A stretch of DNA of 63,441 bases, filler included, from Octopus bimaculoides (GCF_001194135.2; 5 parts of 4 records of this genome joined end to end with filler, not necessarily neighbours in it); one strand, 5' to 3'. Shown: positions 45,789-60,480, counted from the whole stretch's first letter. Made by a program: numbers and translations. Notes: generated by a model from the sequence alone, not told the origin.

Positions 45789-48652
45789 CTTAGTAAAAAG
45801 ATTATGTGTAAGGGAGGTAAGTAGTTCTGGATTTGGTGTAATTAGAGTAGATCTGGATTTGTAGTGTGAACGGTTATGGGATGTTTGGGGGTTAGTGATA
45901 GTAAATGGAAGATTAGTGGTGTTCTATATTATGTTATGTGTTTACATTTAGTTGAGGAATATATTTATTAATGAAAATTGCCTCTTTATTCATTCTTTGT
46001 CGTGTTGATGTGTTCTGTGAACATTGATAGAAGGGAAAAATTAGGAAATTAGGATTAAGATTCCTCGCACACCTTTCTATGTGTCCGCTGACCTGTATCT
46101 GTCTGTAATGTGGGTGGCGGATTTGTTTTTTGTGGAGCTTAGTCCTTCTACGGAGTGATTTCCTGTTTGGCCAATATAGTTATTACTACATCCTAAGCAT
46201 GTAATGGCATAGATTAGATTTTCCGAGGCACAGGTGAAATTTGATTTAATCTTAAAGATTTCACCTTGTTTAAAGTGGAACTCAGAACCCTCCAAAAGAT
46301 GGGGGCAAGTCCCACAGTTAGGTCGACCACATTTTTTTACTTTTGGTTCTGTTGTTAATGGATACAGTCTTGCGCTGGTTAATATTGTTTTAAGTGATTT
46401 AGGTTGCATTTTACTTTTAATAATTTTGTGTGAGTCTAAAATTTTGTTCATTGTTTTATCTCTTGTGAGGATGGGAATATTTTGGATGATAACGTTAAAG
46501 GCTTCGTTGTTTCTAGGGTTATGTGTGGAAATGTATGGGAGTATTTTAAAGTCTGGTTTAGTATTTCGGTTGACTTCCCATAATGTTTGTATGTCTATTT
46601 CCTTTGCTCGGTTGATTCCATTATTTATTAAAGATTTTGGGTAATGTCTTTTGAGTAGTATTGATCTGAGTTCAAGGAGTCTTCGTTCACGAGTATCGGG
46701 GTCCGAAACTATGGTACAGATTATTTTCGCTAGTTTATAAGGTATATTAATTTTTATGTGTTTGAGGTGGCATGAGTTAAATAATAGGTATTGTTTAGAA
46801 TCTGTAGGTTTATAGAAGATGTCTGTTTCTATGTGGTTATTGACTATTTTAATGAGGATGTCAAGAAAAGGAGTTGTTTGCTGCTGTGTTCCATAGTGAA
46901 TTGTATGTTGCTATTAATATTGTTAAGCATTATTTTGAAATCGAGGAGTTTGTCCATGCTGTCGTTCCAAAGTATAAAGCAATCGTCCAAATACCTCTTC
47001 CAGTTCTCCTTTAAATAGCAATAAAAAGAGTTGCCATATTTTTGTAATGAAGAATGATATATTTTAAGTTCTAGGTAACCCATTACAAGGTTCGTAATCA
47101 CTGGCGCAGCTCGGGTTCCCATTGCAATTCCACATTTTTGTCGATAGTAAGCTGTATCAAACATGAAATAGTTGTTCAGTAGGATGAATTTGAGTGCTGC
47201 GATTATGAATCTGTGGTTGATGCGCCCTGGGATCTCTTTTGGGTATTTTTCTAGCCAGAAGGAGATCGCTTCTATACCATAATCGTGTGGGATATTGGTG
47301 TACAAATTCATCACATCGAATGATACTAATAGGGTTCCTTTACTTATTGTCTTCGGGAAGTGGTTTAGCATATCTAAGTCATCCTTGATGAAGCTTCTCA
47401 CATATTTTAGAAAATGTTTGAGCAAGATGTCGAGGAAGTTGCTCAAACGGTAGGTTTCACAAGCAGGACCAGCAATGATGGGTCTTAGTTTGAGGTCAGT
47501 AGGGGGAGGAATATTAATGCAGAGGCTTGGAGAAACTTTGCAAGCTTTACAAATATGTGGATTCTTGTGTATTTTGAGTAATCCATAGAATAGACTAAGT
47601 CTGAATTTAAAATTGGATAAATAGTCAATTTCATGTTCAGTTAAACTCTTTCCATATATTTGAAGTAAGGAAGATAAGTTTTTAAGAGTCTTCTGTGGGT
47701 TGTATTATACTATCATCTCATAGTAAATATTATTTTCCAACATGGATAGTATTAACTGTGTGTCCATCACCGCTACCCCACTTCCTTTGTCGGCTTCTTT
47801 AATGGTGAGGTGTGAATCATTTTTTATCTCAATTAGTTCTTTCCATTCGTTTACATTAAGGTTGGATTTAATTTGTTGTTTTTGTAGGGTATTGAAAGGA
47901 AAACTGGTAATGTGTTCACAAAAATCATCAAGTGCTTTATTTCTGCCCTTTGTAAGGCAGTATTCACTTTTGTTTTTTACTATAGACTCATCTTCACTGG
48001 TGTAGTTGTGTAGTGCTTCTGCGAGGCGTAATTTTCGGCAGAAATCCATAGTGTTATCCTTATTTTCATTAGGGTTCGATCTGCGAGGGGTTGGAGTAAA
48101 CTTTAAACCTCTTGCTAGAATTCTAGTTTGTGTAGCACTTAGGATTTTCTTTGATAAGTTGATTATCTTCGGTTGTTCTTGTACATTTTGTTCCATTTCA
48201 CATCTCTGTTTCTCTGATTTAAGTCTAAAAAATGGTTGTAGTAGGTCGATTGTTGTGGACAGTCTCTATTGTGTTTGGTTTGCTGAGGAGAAAATGGGTG
48301 TAAAGTGTGTCCGTGGTAATATGTTGGTGGTGGAGTGACTGTGGAAAGGGCTAGATTATGGTTGTACTGAGGGTTGTTATATTGTCTATGGTTGATGTGG
48401 TTAGGGTTAAATTTATTTTTAATGTTGTAATGTGGGTGGAGGGAGAAGTTAGGTTGTCTAGTTAGGTTGTGTCTTGTTGAATGATTGAAGTAACCATGTT
48501 GAGGGTTAAGTCTCGGAGGTAAATACTTCCATTTATTGTGAGATGATGGAGGTGGATTGGTAGGAATTAGTTCCCAAAAGTTTAGGTTAGTCTGGAGGTT
48601 TCGATGGAATCTTTGATTTGCATGTAGGATGCTATGAGGATTATGTCCAGAC
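45789..48652 (-). mobile_element. Penelope-like retroelement (RT plus GIY-YIG endonuclease), near full length, frameshifted
   Basis: IINLS...RGLKFTPTP, KEADKGSG, FYGLLKIHK, LRPII, SFDVMNLYTNIP, GIAMGT, WKRYLDDCF (RT catalytic), CGRPNCGTC linker and LIYAITCLGCSNNYIGQT (GIY-YIG). About three frameshifts (~47705, ~46855, ~46140). Confidence 0.93.
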
Positions 48653-48752
48653 NNNNNNNNNNNNNNNNNNNNNNNNNNNNNNNNNNNNNNNNNNNNTTAA
48701 TTAATTAANNNNNNNNNNNNNNNNNNNNNNNNNNNNNNNNNNNNNNNNNNNN
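48653..48752. other. Synthetic scaffold join N44-TTAATTAATTAA-N44
   Basis: Same 100-bp structure. Confidence 0.95.
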
Positions 48753-48771
48753 ATAGATAAAGAAATAAATG

Positions 48772-49010
48772 TCACATTTGAAACCTCAGAAAAGTCTTGC
48801 ATATTTTCACTGTTCCGCTTACAGACTGTGTTTGTAATGTGCGAATCAGTTTTCTTTTTCTGAAAATCCAAGCTTATCCCGACAGACAGTTAGATATATA
48901 TACTTTCAAAATCAAGTGCTCCAATTATTATTGGTATAAATGTAAATTTGTAATCCGGATACAGAAGCTGGAGGTTTGGAAGCAATTGTCCATAATTATC
49001 TTCTTTTTCG
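48772..49010 (-). mobile_element. 3' end of a third REL-endonuclease non-LTR family
   Basis: EDNYGQLLPNLQLLYPDYKFTFIPIIIGAL, then after frameshifts DKLGFSEK and KLIRTLQTQSVSGTVKICKTFLRFQM*. Confidence 0.65.
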
Positions 49011-50008
49011 ATGTATGTATGTATGTATGTATGTATGTATGTATGTATGTATGTATGTGTGTATGTTTTGTCAAAGAGGAGTAAATCGTCAGTTGTCTGA
49101 AGATGGTTGTGTGGAATCATGAAAACCTTCGCTTCACATAGTAATTTTCGACGCTTTTCGAAAATTACTTTGCATTTATCTTCGTAAGTGACATGATTCT
49201 AGATTCTAAATGCAGCCTTGACGGGGTCTAAATAGAATGTCTATAATTCTTGATTCATGTGAAGGTTTCATTCCCCTCCCACCAGACACCCATACACACA
49301 TGAGGATACTTACGTACATAAACACACACAAGCAAACACTTATAAAAGTACACATATGCTCACCATCGCATGGACATACACTTTATAGCAATTATAACTT
49401 CTCATGAACACATACATGCATTAAAACAACACGAACACGTTGCTGTGACACTCACAAGCGTCTACACACAAATGTTCATACACACGCACACACACACGCA
49501 CACACACACGCACACACACACGCACACACACACGTACACACATACACACACACATATACACACACAAACGCGCACACAGAAGCACGCGCGTGTAAGTTCA
49601 CTTAATCGCTAACAAAAACTCACTTCTAGACCTCCGCCCACCAATTTTGTATTTACAGAAATTATCNNNNNNNNNNNNNNNNNNNNNNNNNNNNNNNNNN
49701 NNNNNNNNNNNNNNNNNNNNNNNNNNNNNNNNNNNNNNNNNNNNNNNNNNNNNNNNNNNNNNNNNNNNNNNNNNNNNNNNNNNNNNNNNNNNNNNNNNNN
49801 NNNNNNNNNNNNNNNNNNNNNNNNNNNNNNNNNNNNNNNNNNNNNNNNNNNNNNNNNNNNNNNNNNNNNNNNNNNNNNNNNNNNNNNNNNNNNNNNNNNN
49901 NNNNNNNNNNNNNNNNNNNNNNNNNNNNNNNNNNNNNNNNNNNNNNNNNNNNNNNNNNNNNNNNNNNNNNNNNNNNNNNNNNNNNNNNNNNNNNNNNNNN
50001 NNNNNNNN

Positions 50009-50049
<41 letters not shown>

Positions 50050-50061
50050 GTATCTTTTATC

Positions 50062-50416
50062 TTCTGACTGTTTCAGTCATTGAACTGCGGCCAAACTGGG
50101 GCACCACCTTGAAGGATTTAGTCGAACAAATCGACTCCGGTACTAATTTTTAAAGCCTACTTATTCTATCGCTACCTTTTGCTGAACCGTTACGTCACGG
50201 GGAAGTAAACAACTTAACTGGTGGTGGGAGATAAACACATAGGTATATACAAATTTATATCTACGACAGACTTCTTTCAGTTTTCTCTAGCAGATCCACT
50301 CACGAGGCTTGAGTCAGTCCGAGGCTATAGCAGAGTGCAATTGCCGAAGGTGTCACGCAGTGGGTTTGAACCCGGAACCATGTGGTTGGGAAGCAAGTTT
50401 CTTACCACACAGCCAC
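50062..50416 (-). mobile_element. SINE family A, near-full copy
   Basis: Reverse complement of the head and tail of family A. Confidence 0.8.
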
Positions 50417-50796
50417 AGATTGAGTGCAAGTCACATGGCTAGACGTACAGATGCTGACGAATATGAACGGGAAAGTAAATACAGAAACACAGAAACGCAG
50501 ACACATTCTCACAAATACGTCCTCCCTCACTTCGACGATGCACACACAGATCGTTATGGGCATTGAGAAATACCACTCACAAACACAGACACATAAACGT
50601 GTGTTTGCAAAACGCATACGTCCAAAAATACGGGCAAACGTACTTAATCAAACAAATTCTTAAATAAATGTATGCAAAGACATACGTGCGCACATACATA
50701 TATTCATATCTTCGCATAAATGCACCGTGACAAAGATAACATAAACACGAAAATACGCACGCATTCACAAAAATATAACTATACATGCATGCATAT

Positions 50797-50840
<44 letters not shown>

Positions 50841-51290
50841 NNNNNNNNNNNNNNNNNNNNNNNNNNNNNNNNNNNNNNNNNNNNNNNNNNNNNNNNNNNN
50901 NNNNNNNNNNNNNNNNNNNNNNNNNNNNNNNNNNNNNNNNNNNNNNNNNNNNNNNNNNNNNNNNNNNNNNNNNNNNNNNNNNNNNNNNNNNNNNNNNNNN
51001 NNNNNNNNNNNNNNNNNNNNNNNNNNNNNNNNNNNNNNNNNNNNNNNNNNNNNNNNNNNNNNNNNNNNNNNNNNNNNNNNNNNNNNNNNNNNNNNNNNNN
51101 NNNNNNNNNNNNNNNNNNNNNNNNNNNNNNNNNNNNNNNNNNNNNNNNNNNNNNNNNNNNNNNNNNNNNNNNNNNNNNNNNNNNNNNNNNNNNNNNNNNN
51201 NNNNNNNNNNNNNNNNNNNNNNNNNNNNNNNNNNNNNNNNNNNNNNNNNNNNNNNNNNNNNNNNNNNNNNNNNNNNNNNNNNNNNNNNNN

Positions 51291-51328
<38 letters not shown>

Positions 51329-51534
51329 TACACACACACGTAGTTTTATATTTAACAGCAACGAAAGCAATACGAGAGAAAGCGATGGCAGAGTATAGAT
51401 ATAGGTTTGACGGTCAATGAAAGCTTAAGAAGTTAGAGAGTCCTTGACGTTTCAAATTTTAGCTCTTTTTCAGAAAGTTAGGTTTGTTTGCAAAAATGTG
51501 TATAAGAATGATCCAAAGTTAAAAAGAAACTGTT

Positions 51535-51710
51535 GTAATAATAATAACATTAATAATAATAATGGCGATAATAATAATAATAATTATAATTATAATTATA
51601 ATAATAATAATAATAATAATAATTATAATTATAATTATAATAATAATAATAATAATAATTATAATTATAATTATAATAATAATAATAATGATGATGATGA
51701 CGATGATGCT
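51535..51710. repeat. Higher-order AT-rich microsatellite [(TAATTA)3(TAA)n]x3
   Basis: Directly visible. Confidence 0.85.
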
Positions 51711-52661
51711 AATTATTATCATAATCAATGCAGCGAGTTGCTTAGTGGCATTTCGTACGTTTTTAAGTTCTGCACACAAATTACACTGAGTTCGACTTTG
51801 CCTTTCATTAATTCGTGTTCGATAAAATAAATACCAGTTCAGCATTGGGGGTCAATTAATTGTAAATGCAACTAATTAATTTTCCATAATAAGATAGCGA
51901 CACACTTTTCAGCATGACTTATTTAATAACACGTATACTTTGAAAATATAAGCCTTTAGACTACAGCAGTGGAAGAGTATTATAATATAGCGAATGTTGA
52001 AAATTGTCGAGAATAGGTATTTTAATCATAGCAAATAATGCATAATTTTGTGTAATTTTAAAAATTTTAATCGTGCATTAACATATTTAGTCCCAATACT
52101 AAAAGTATATGCTATGAATATCAATAATACTGTTTAATAATCAATTAAATGTAGATATAACGTTGACTTATTTCATATATGTAAGGCAGATATTGAATAA
52201 AGAAAAAATTTAATAAAACCGATTTCTTATCTGTATATTTACAATAAATAAATATATCAAAAGTGTGACAATCTCTGTACTCCAAGTGGTGCTATCTTAA
52301 AATGAAAACAATATTTACATAGGAAGTAGTAGTAGAAATAGTAGAAATTGGAGAGCGAGAAGACAGAGATGAAGAAGCGAAGGTAGAGGCGGGGTGAATT
52401 ATTAGTTGTAATTATATAGATGGTGGTAAAGTTACTGTCGTAGACAATGGGAAAATGATAAGGGAGGAATAATTTCATATAAATTAGCTTGACCAACGGT
52501 ATAACGTATTACTAGTAAGACATGCACATACATATACTCACATATACAAATATACATACACACATGCAAGCGTATATACGAACACTCACACTGAAATGAA
52601 AAAGGCCAAGAAAGGGTTGCTCTATTTCGTGTTTCGCTTATTTGATATCTAAGTACAATAA

Positions 52662-53104
52662 AGTGGCGAGCTGGCAGAATCGTTAGCACGTCGCACAAAA
52701 TGTTTAACAGCATTTCGTCCGTCTTTACGTTCTGGGTTCAAACACTGCCCCGGTCAACTTTGCCGTTCATATTTTCGTGGTCGATAAAATAAGTCGTAGT
52801 TGAACACTGGAGTCGATGTAATCGACTCAGCCACTCCCCTGAAATTGCTGACCTGGTGCTAAAATTTGAAACCAATATGGAAATAGAATAGTGAAAATAT
52901 CTTTCTTCTCTAGGCACAAGGCCCGAAATTTGTGGGAAGGGGGCCAGTCAATTACATTACGCAACTGGTACTTAATTTATCGACTCCGAAAGGATGAAAG
53001 GCAAAGTCGGCCTTAGCTGAATTTGAACGCAGAACGTAACGGCAGACGAAATACCGCTATGCATTTCGCCCGGCGTGCTAACGATTCTGCCAGCTCGCCG
53101 CCTT
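52662..53104. mobile_element. Two family-C SINEs in inverted (tail-to-tail) arrangement
   Basis: The + copy at 52662-52876 starts GGCGAGCTGGCAGAATCGTTAGCACG; the - copy at ~52896-53104 carries the same head. Confidence 0.85.
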
Positions 53105-53859
53105 AATAGTGAAAATATCAACGCATTTATAAAGTTGAGAGTGTCATTCTTTACATTAGGGTGTTACACTCACGATCGCGAGATCGTGGTTTCAATTCCT
53201 GGAGAGGGGCCATTTCTGTTGAATAAATTCCAGTGACGGAACTTTGTTCCTTAGCCAATGACGCTTTCTTTCATGAAAAAAAAATCAGAGTTAAACAACA
53301 AAGACAAACATACATACTCACTCACGCACTCTCTCACACACGCATATATACTCATACATACAGGCGCACGCACATAACTTGGCTAGATTTGGTCTGTAAA
53401 CCGGAGGCAAATTATGACAAACAAGAACCACCACCACCACCACCACCACCACCCTCACAATTACTACAATTCCCCCCTTCCATTTACACATACTAAGACA
53501 TACTGTCTCACATAGAACACACACACCTGCACACACTTTCTCTGCTTTTCGGATATCTATAGTTTCCACACGTAAACACACACTCACATCCACTCCTTTC
53601 TCTTCTTTCTCCTCCTCTTATGAATACATCTACACAAATGCACACAGGATTTGCATACTCGCGCGCACACACAAATAAACACGCATACACATGCACATAC
53701 TTCTATTAACTCTTTAAATCACTAAATACTCAGCAGCTTCTCGGTGGACGCAACCTTGAGTCGTTCTCCATTTCTCTCCCGTCAACTGTCTATCGATCTT
53801 ATTACCTGTTTGTTTACCCAACCATCTATTTACCAACCTATTTATATATTTGTCCATCT

Positions 53860-53862
53860 ACC

Positions 53863-53931
<69 letters not shown>

Positions 53932-53995
53932 GCCTGTCTGTCTGTCTCTCTCTCTCTCTCTCNNNNNNNNNNCTCTGTGTCTATCTATCTATTTG

Positions 53996-54075
<80 letters not shown>

Positions 54076-54163
54076 ACCGTCTTATTATCTGTCCATATGC
54101 CTGTCTTTTTCTGTTTATCTACTAGTTTATCCACCGGTCTCTCCGTCTTTTCCATCTAACTCC

Positions 54164-54215
<52 letters not shown>
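53860..54215. repeat. (TGTC)n, (TATC)n and (TTTC)n arrays
   Basis: Directly visible. Confidence 0.9.
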
Positions 54216-54217
<2 letters not shown>

Positions 54218-55028
54218 CTCTCGCTCTCAATCTTTCATTCATTTTTTTCTCATTCTATGCTACACAGACCTCTATGTGTCTATATTTATCCATCTCATTC
54301 ACTTGGTCACCCTCTCCACTCTCAGAGGTACAAAAAGGTATGTGCTTCAGACAAAACTATAATATAGCATACATAATATACTGACCGCATACTTAATCGT
54401 ATACTACAAGAAACATTATATGACTTCATTGATGGAGACATTTCAACCAAGAAGCTAACGGCACAACCATTTCATTCTCGCGTCTCTGAGGAAACAAATT
54501 TAAAATATAGAGCATGTTTGTAATAAAGACTCTTTATTTCTTCTATCAAATGAACGTGCTTTGTTTATGATACTTGCCAACTGCACATTGCACACCACAC
54601 ATTGCATATTAGCGCAGTTTCAAATTAATTATGCGCTATTCACGTATACAAAAGCCTTCATTATTTTGTTTTTCACACTGAGAGATCTGAAAACAGACTT
54701 CTTCTTATACACTGCATATGTTGACCCTATCGGGTGACACAGCACGATAAATGATAACGCTTAAACGAGAAAACAAGGACCATTGCTGAAATAGATAGGC
54801 GTGTGGTTTAACTTGATGTGTAACTAATTTTGGATTAGAAGGACGTATTTACTAGATTAGCTTGTCCTGGTTAAGTTACTGCCTTCTAGCGTGGGTGCAA
54901 GTAATACAGTTGTAGGTTTTTTTTGTTGTTGTCTGGGAGAGTTGCCATATCACTGATGATTATATAGTCAGTCTTTCGGCTAAAATGTTGCGAGTTCATA
55001 TTTTTGTTTTCGATACTGCTATTCTAGT

Positions 55029-55381
55029 GGAGGCGCAATGGCCCAGTGGCCCAGTGGTTAGAGCAGCGGACTTGCGGTCGTAGGATCGCGGTTTCGATTC
55101 CCAGACCGGGCGTTGTGAGTGTTTATTGAGCGAAAACACCCAAAACTCCACGAGGGGGTGGAGTGGCAAACCCTTCTGTACTCTTTCACCACAAATTTCT
55201 CTCACTCTTTCTTCCTGTTTCTGTCGTACTTGTATTTCAAAGGGCCAGCCTTGTCACACTCTGTGTCACGCTGAATCTCCCCCGAGAACTACGCTAAGGG
55301 TACACGTGTCTGTGGAGTGCTCAGCCATTTGCACGTTAATTTCACGAGCAGGCTGTTCCGTTGATCGGATCAACTGGAACT
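55029..55381 (+). mobile_element. SINE family B, near-full copy
   Basis: GGAGGCGCAATGGCCCAGTGG...GGTTTCGATTCCCAGACC; runs into a gap. Confidence 0.85.
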
Positions 55382-55695
55382 NNNNNNNNNNNNNNNNNNN
55401 NNNNNNNNNNNNNNNNNNNNNNNNNNNNNNNNNNNNNNNNNNNNNNNNNNNNNNNNNNNNNNNNNNNNNNNNNNNNNNNNNNNNNNNNNNNNNNNNNNNN
55501 NNNNNNNNNNNNNNNNNNNNNNNNNNNNNNNNNNNNNNNNNNNNNNNNNNNNNNNNNNNNNNNNNNNNNNNNNNNNNNNNNNNNNNNNNNNNNNNNNNNN
55601 NNNNNNNNNNNNNNNNNNNNNNNNNNNNNNNNNNNNNNNNNNNNNNNNNNNNNNNNNNNNNNNNNNNNNNNNNNNNNNNNNNNNNNNNNNNNNNN

Positions 55696-55781
55696 NCGTA
55701 TTCCCGAGCGTCATACTAATATATACTTTTGTTATTTACACCACCTGTCCTCGTCTGTTGTTATTTTTTGTATATTCTCCC

Positions 55782-55790
<9 letters not shown>
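55696..55790 (+). mobile_element. Another copy of the 39910-40000 terminal-repeat tail
   Basis: TATTCCCGAGCGT...TTTACACCACCTGTC...ATTCTCCCATATATA is shared with 39912-40000. Confidence 0.75.
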
Positions 55791-55814
<24 letters not shown>

Positions 55815-55902
55815 GACGTACGTACGTATATGTGTATGTATGTATGTGTGTGTGTGTGTTCGTTTGAATGTATACACATGCATACATAACCACATACACA
55901 CA

Positions 55903-55942
<40 letters not shown>

Positions 55943-56583
55943 AATGGTGTGTCAGAATTTTTATTCTTTATGCTTTATTTCTTCAATTTAAACTCATACC
56001 GTAGCCCCGAGTAATTTATAGAAATTTATAATTAATCGCTGAGCACTCTCCGAAGAATTATAATTCGCTTAGAGACGAGTTGAGATGTACTTCTCTAAAT
56101 TCCTGAGGGGATAACTGCTTTCCCTCACATACACATCTCTTTCCCTCTCTCTTTCTCTTTCTCTTTGTCGCAATATGTATGCACACACACACACACACAC
56201 ACACACAACCCACCCTCCGCCAAATATTTATACATACATAATATGTGTATGTATGGATATAAGCATTTGCATGTATCTAAATGAGAGCGTGTAACAAGTG
56301 TATAGCGTCGCTACTTCTATTTCTGCTGCTGCTGCTGTTGTTGTTGTTGTTTCCATCGTGAAAACAAGAGATTTGTTTGAAATAGCTTCATATTTTTAAT
56401 TTCGATATCCAATTCTACGTCTTGTAACAGGTCTTGAAATTCCTTTTGTTTTATTGTTCAATATTCAGAATATAAAATTCAAAAGAGCTTACCACCACCT
56501 CTACCACCGCCACCACCGCCACCGCCATTGTTACTACATTTATTATCTTAAAATTATTATAGTTATATCATTACTTTTAACAT

Positions 56584-56638
56584 TCTTCTTCTTCTTCTTC
56601 TTCTTCTTCTTCTTCTTCTTCTTCTTCTTCTTCTTCTT

Positions 56639-56716
<78 letters not shown>

Positions 56717-56740
56717 ATCATCATCATTATTATTATTATT
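56584..56740. repeat. (TTC)n(TTA)n microsatellite
   Basis: Directly visible. Confidence 0.95.
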
Positions 56741-57169
56741 ATCTAATCTCAGATATATGTAAGTGCATTGTTCTCCGTCTCTCAAACCTTCCACTCCCTC
56801 TATTTTGTTTTTTTTTTCGTCGTTCTTCTTTCCAACAAAACATTAGACTGGGAAGAGCTGTGAAACGAAGCAACATGAAAGGCGAGTGGAACTTAGATTG
56901 TCTCAATGACTTGAGAAACTATAGAAGATAAAGACAACATCGGCAGCTGCTGCAGCAGCAGCAGCAACAACGATGACGACGACAATGACGATGACCACCA
57001 CAACGACGACGACCACAACTAGAACAAGAACAGCAACAATGACAGCGATGACGATGCCAAAACGACGAACACGAACAACAGCAGTGACTACAGCAATGGT
57101 TACGAGGACAACGATTTGCGACAATAGCATAAAGAACAATGACAACAACAACGACAAGTATAAAAATAT

Positions 57170-57420
57170 ATATTGGTTTCAATTTAGGGGTGGAGGGGGT
57201 CTAGTAGATTGCATCGACCCCCAGTGTATAACTGATACGCATTTTGTCGACCTCGAAAGGCTGAATAGCAAAACTGACCTTGGCGGAATTCGAACTCAGA
57301 ACGTAGGGAATGACGAAAGGCTGCTAAGCATTATGTCCGGCCTGCTAATGATTCTACCAGCTCACCGATTTAACAACCACTCTAATATTGGTTTCAAATT
57401 TTGGCACAAGGCCAGTAGTT
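57170..57420 (-). mobile_element. SINE family C copy
   Basis: GGCGGAATTCGAACTCAGAACGTA (reverse B-box region) and the same tail as 52896-52970. Confidence 0.8.
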
Positions 57421-57424
57421 CATC

Positions 57425-57458
<34 letters not shown>

Positions 57459-58550
57459 NNNNNNNNNNNNNNNNNNNNNNNNNNNNNNNNNNNNNNNNNN
57501 NNNNNNNNNNNNNNNNNNNNNNNNNNNNNNNNNNNNNNNNNNNNNNNNNNNNNNNNNNNNNNNNNNNNNNNNNNNNNNNNNNNNNNNNNNNNNNNNNNNN
57601 NNNNNNNNNNNNNNNNNNNNNNNNNNNNNNNNNNNNNNNNNNNNNNNNNNNNNNNNNNNNNNNNNNNNNNNNNNNNNNNNNNNNNNNNNNNNNNNNNNNN
57701 NNNNNNNNNNNNNNNNNNNNNNNNNNNNNNNNNNNNNNNNNNNNNNNNNNNNNNNNNNNNNNNNNNNNNNNNNNNNNNNNNNNNNNNNNNNNNNNNNNNN
57801 NNNNNNNNNNNNNNNNNNNNNNNNNNNNNNNNNNNNNNNNNNNNNNNNNNNNNNNNNNNNNNNNNNNNNNNNNNNNNNNNNNNNNNNNNNNNNNNNNNNN
57901 NNNNNNNNNNNNNNNNNNNNNNNNNNNNNNNNNNNNNNNNNNNNNNNNNNNNNNNNNNNNNNNNNNNNNNNNNNNNNNNNNNNNNNNNNNNNNNNNNNNN
58001 NNNNNNNNNNNNNNNNNNNNNNNNNNNNNNNNNNNNNNNNNNNNNNNNNNNNNNNNNNNNNNNNNNNNNNNNNNNNNNNNNNNNNNNNNNNNNNNNNNNN
58101 NNNNNNNNNNNNNNNNNNNNNNNNNNNNNNNNNNNNNNNNNNNNNNNNNNNNNNNNNNNNNNNNNNNNNNNNNNNNNNNNNNNNNNNNNNNNNNNNNNNN
58201 NNNNNNNNTATATATATATATATATATATATATGCATATATATATAGACACACATATATATATATATATATACAGATACATACATGTATATTTATATATG
58301 CATACTTATATATATTTAATATTTACAAATATATTGCATATTATATGTACATATAGTGTACATTATATGTTATATAATTCATTCTTCTATGTTGCTTTCT
58401 TTTAAACCTTACGTGCGCGCGCAACACACACACTCGCACGCATATACACACATATACATACATATATAACTGTACATATATGTTTATGCATAGATGTGTG
58501 TGTGTGTGTATATATATACATACACATACACACACATATATATATATACA

Positions 58551-58602
<52 letters not shown>

Positions 58603-58670
58603 NNNNNNNNNNNNNNNNNNNNNNNNNNNNNNNNNNNNNNNNNNNNNNNNNNNNNNNNNNNNNNNNNNNN

Positions 58671-58721
<51 letters not shown>

Positions 58722-59148
58722 TGTAGACGTCCATACTTACATATATGATTGTGCGTTGGTGTATGAGAAAACAGAGAAATTGCACGCGGTTGTTTGTGAA
58801 GTATGCAATTGTATTTAACGAATTCTCACTTTACATGTTGCTCTGGATAAGAAACAAAAGGTTTCTGTTGCAATTGCAAAATGAGAAACCTTCTGAAAGA
58901 ATGTACTTCTTACAGTTCCAGACCAAAGCAGCAATGCAGAAATTTACGCCATTGATATCATACACTGATTACAAAGTGACATACATACGCAAAAACATAC
59001 AACTACATTACCAGATATATATGTATATATACATACATACACACACGCGCGCGCGCACGCACACATACATACATGTGTACATATATGTCTGTGTGTACAT
59101 ATGTTAACATATGTGTATATGTATGTGTGTATGTATATATTTATATAC

Positions 59149-59231
<83 letters not shown>

Positions 59232-59331
59232 GATGGATAGATAGATAGCTAGATATATGTGTGCATAGATATATATGTGTGTGTGTGTGTGATTAAGTTT
59301 GGTGGTACAAACGGAACTCATACATGAGTTC

Positions 59332-59373
<42 letters not shown>

Positions 59374-60199
59374 ATATATATATATATTTATATATGCATG
59401 TATGTATGTATATATGTTATATATGTGCATGTACGTGTTTCGTATACTTTTTTAATATATTTATTCGTCTGCTCTCATTTGATGAAATATTTTGTGCCCT
59501 TCAGTTGGTAAGGCAACAAAGTCCCTGTTGTAATGTAAGACCCCAGATATTGACAAAGCGGCCATTATTTGCTGTTCAATTATTTTAATTAAAAATGCTC
59601 AATTAAATATTCAATTGTAACTGAAATGAAATATTTCAACATAGAAAAGTCGAAATACACGACATAAAAGTCATTAATTTACCATTCAAATTGAATTATC
59701 CTTGCGAAATTTGCTAAAAATCTTTGATTTTTCTTGTTTCTTCCCCATCTTCATTTGTATTGTTTCATTTTCTACTTAATTCTCTTTTTTCTTAGCTTTT
59801 TAAATACTTTCTTTTATTTATGTTTTGTAAATATTGGCTAATTTCATAAAAAAAATTTTTTTTAATTTATACAAAATTATATCGGCTCTTGTTGCTCATA
59901 TTAATGATGATGCTGCTGTCGTCGCTGTTGTTGTTGTTGCGTTTGTTATTGTTTGTATTGTTGTGTTTATTTAGTTAGCTTCATTGAATACTTTGTCTCT
60001 TAATGTGCACATTTAAAGTGCATTCATTCAGAATTCTTAAGAAATTGATTCAATTCGCGATGTTACGTTATCACTAAGCTAGCGTTATTGCCTTCTTACT
60101 CATTCATCTCAGTTCAAACAACAGTGTCTCCACCTTGTAGCTGCTTTTATCATTTACAAATAACTCATTAGAATATTCTTTGAATCGTGGCGAACTTTC

Positions 60200-60480
<281 letters not shown>

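Noticed and set aside
49097-49130. CTGAAGA-TGGTT/AATCA-TGAAA near-hammerhead
   Set aside because: Extra base before GAAA and no stems I/III; it lies next to a LINE relic, so likely chance
56940-57160. Thr/Ala-rich open frame from cryptic triplet repeats
   Set aside because: No start or splice context; runs into a SINE
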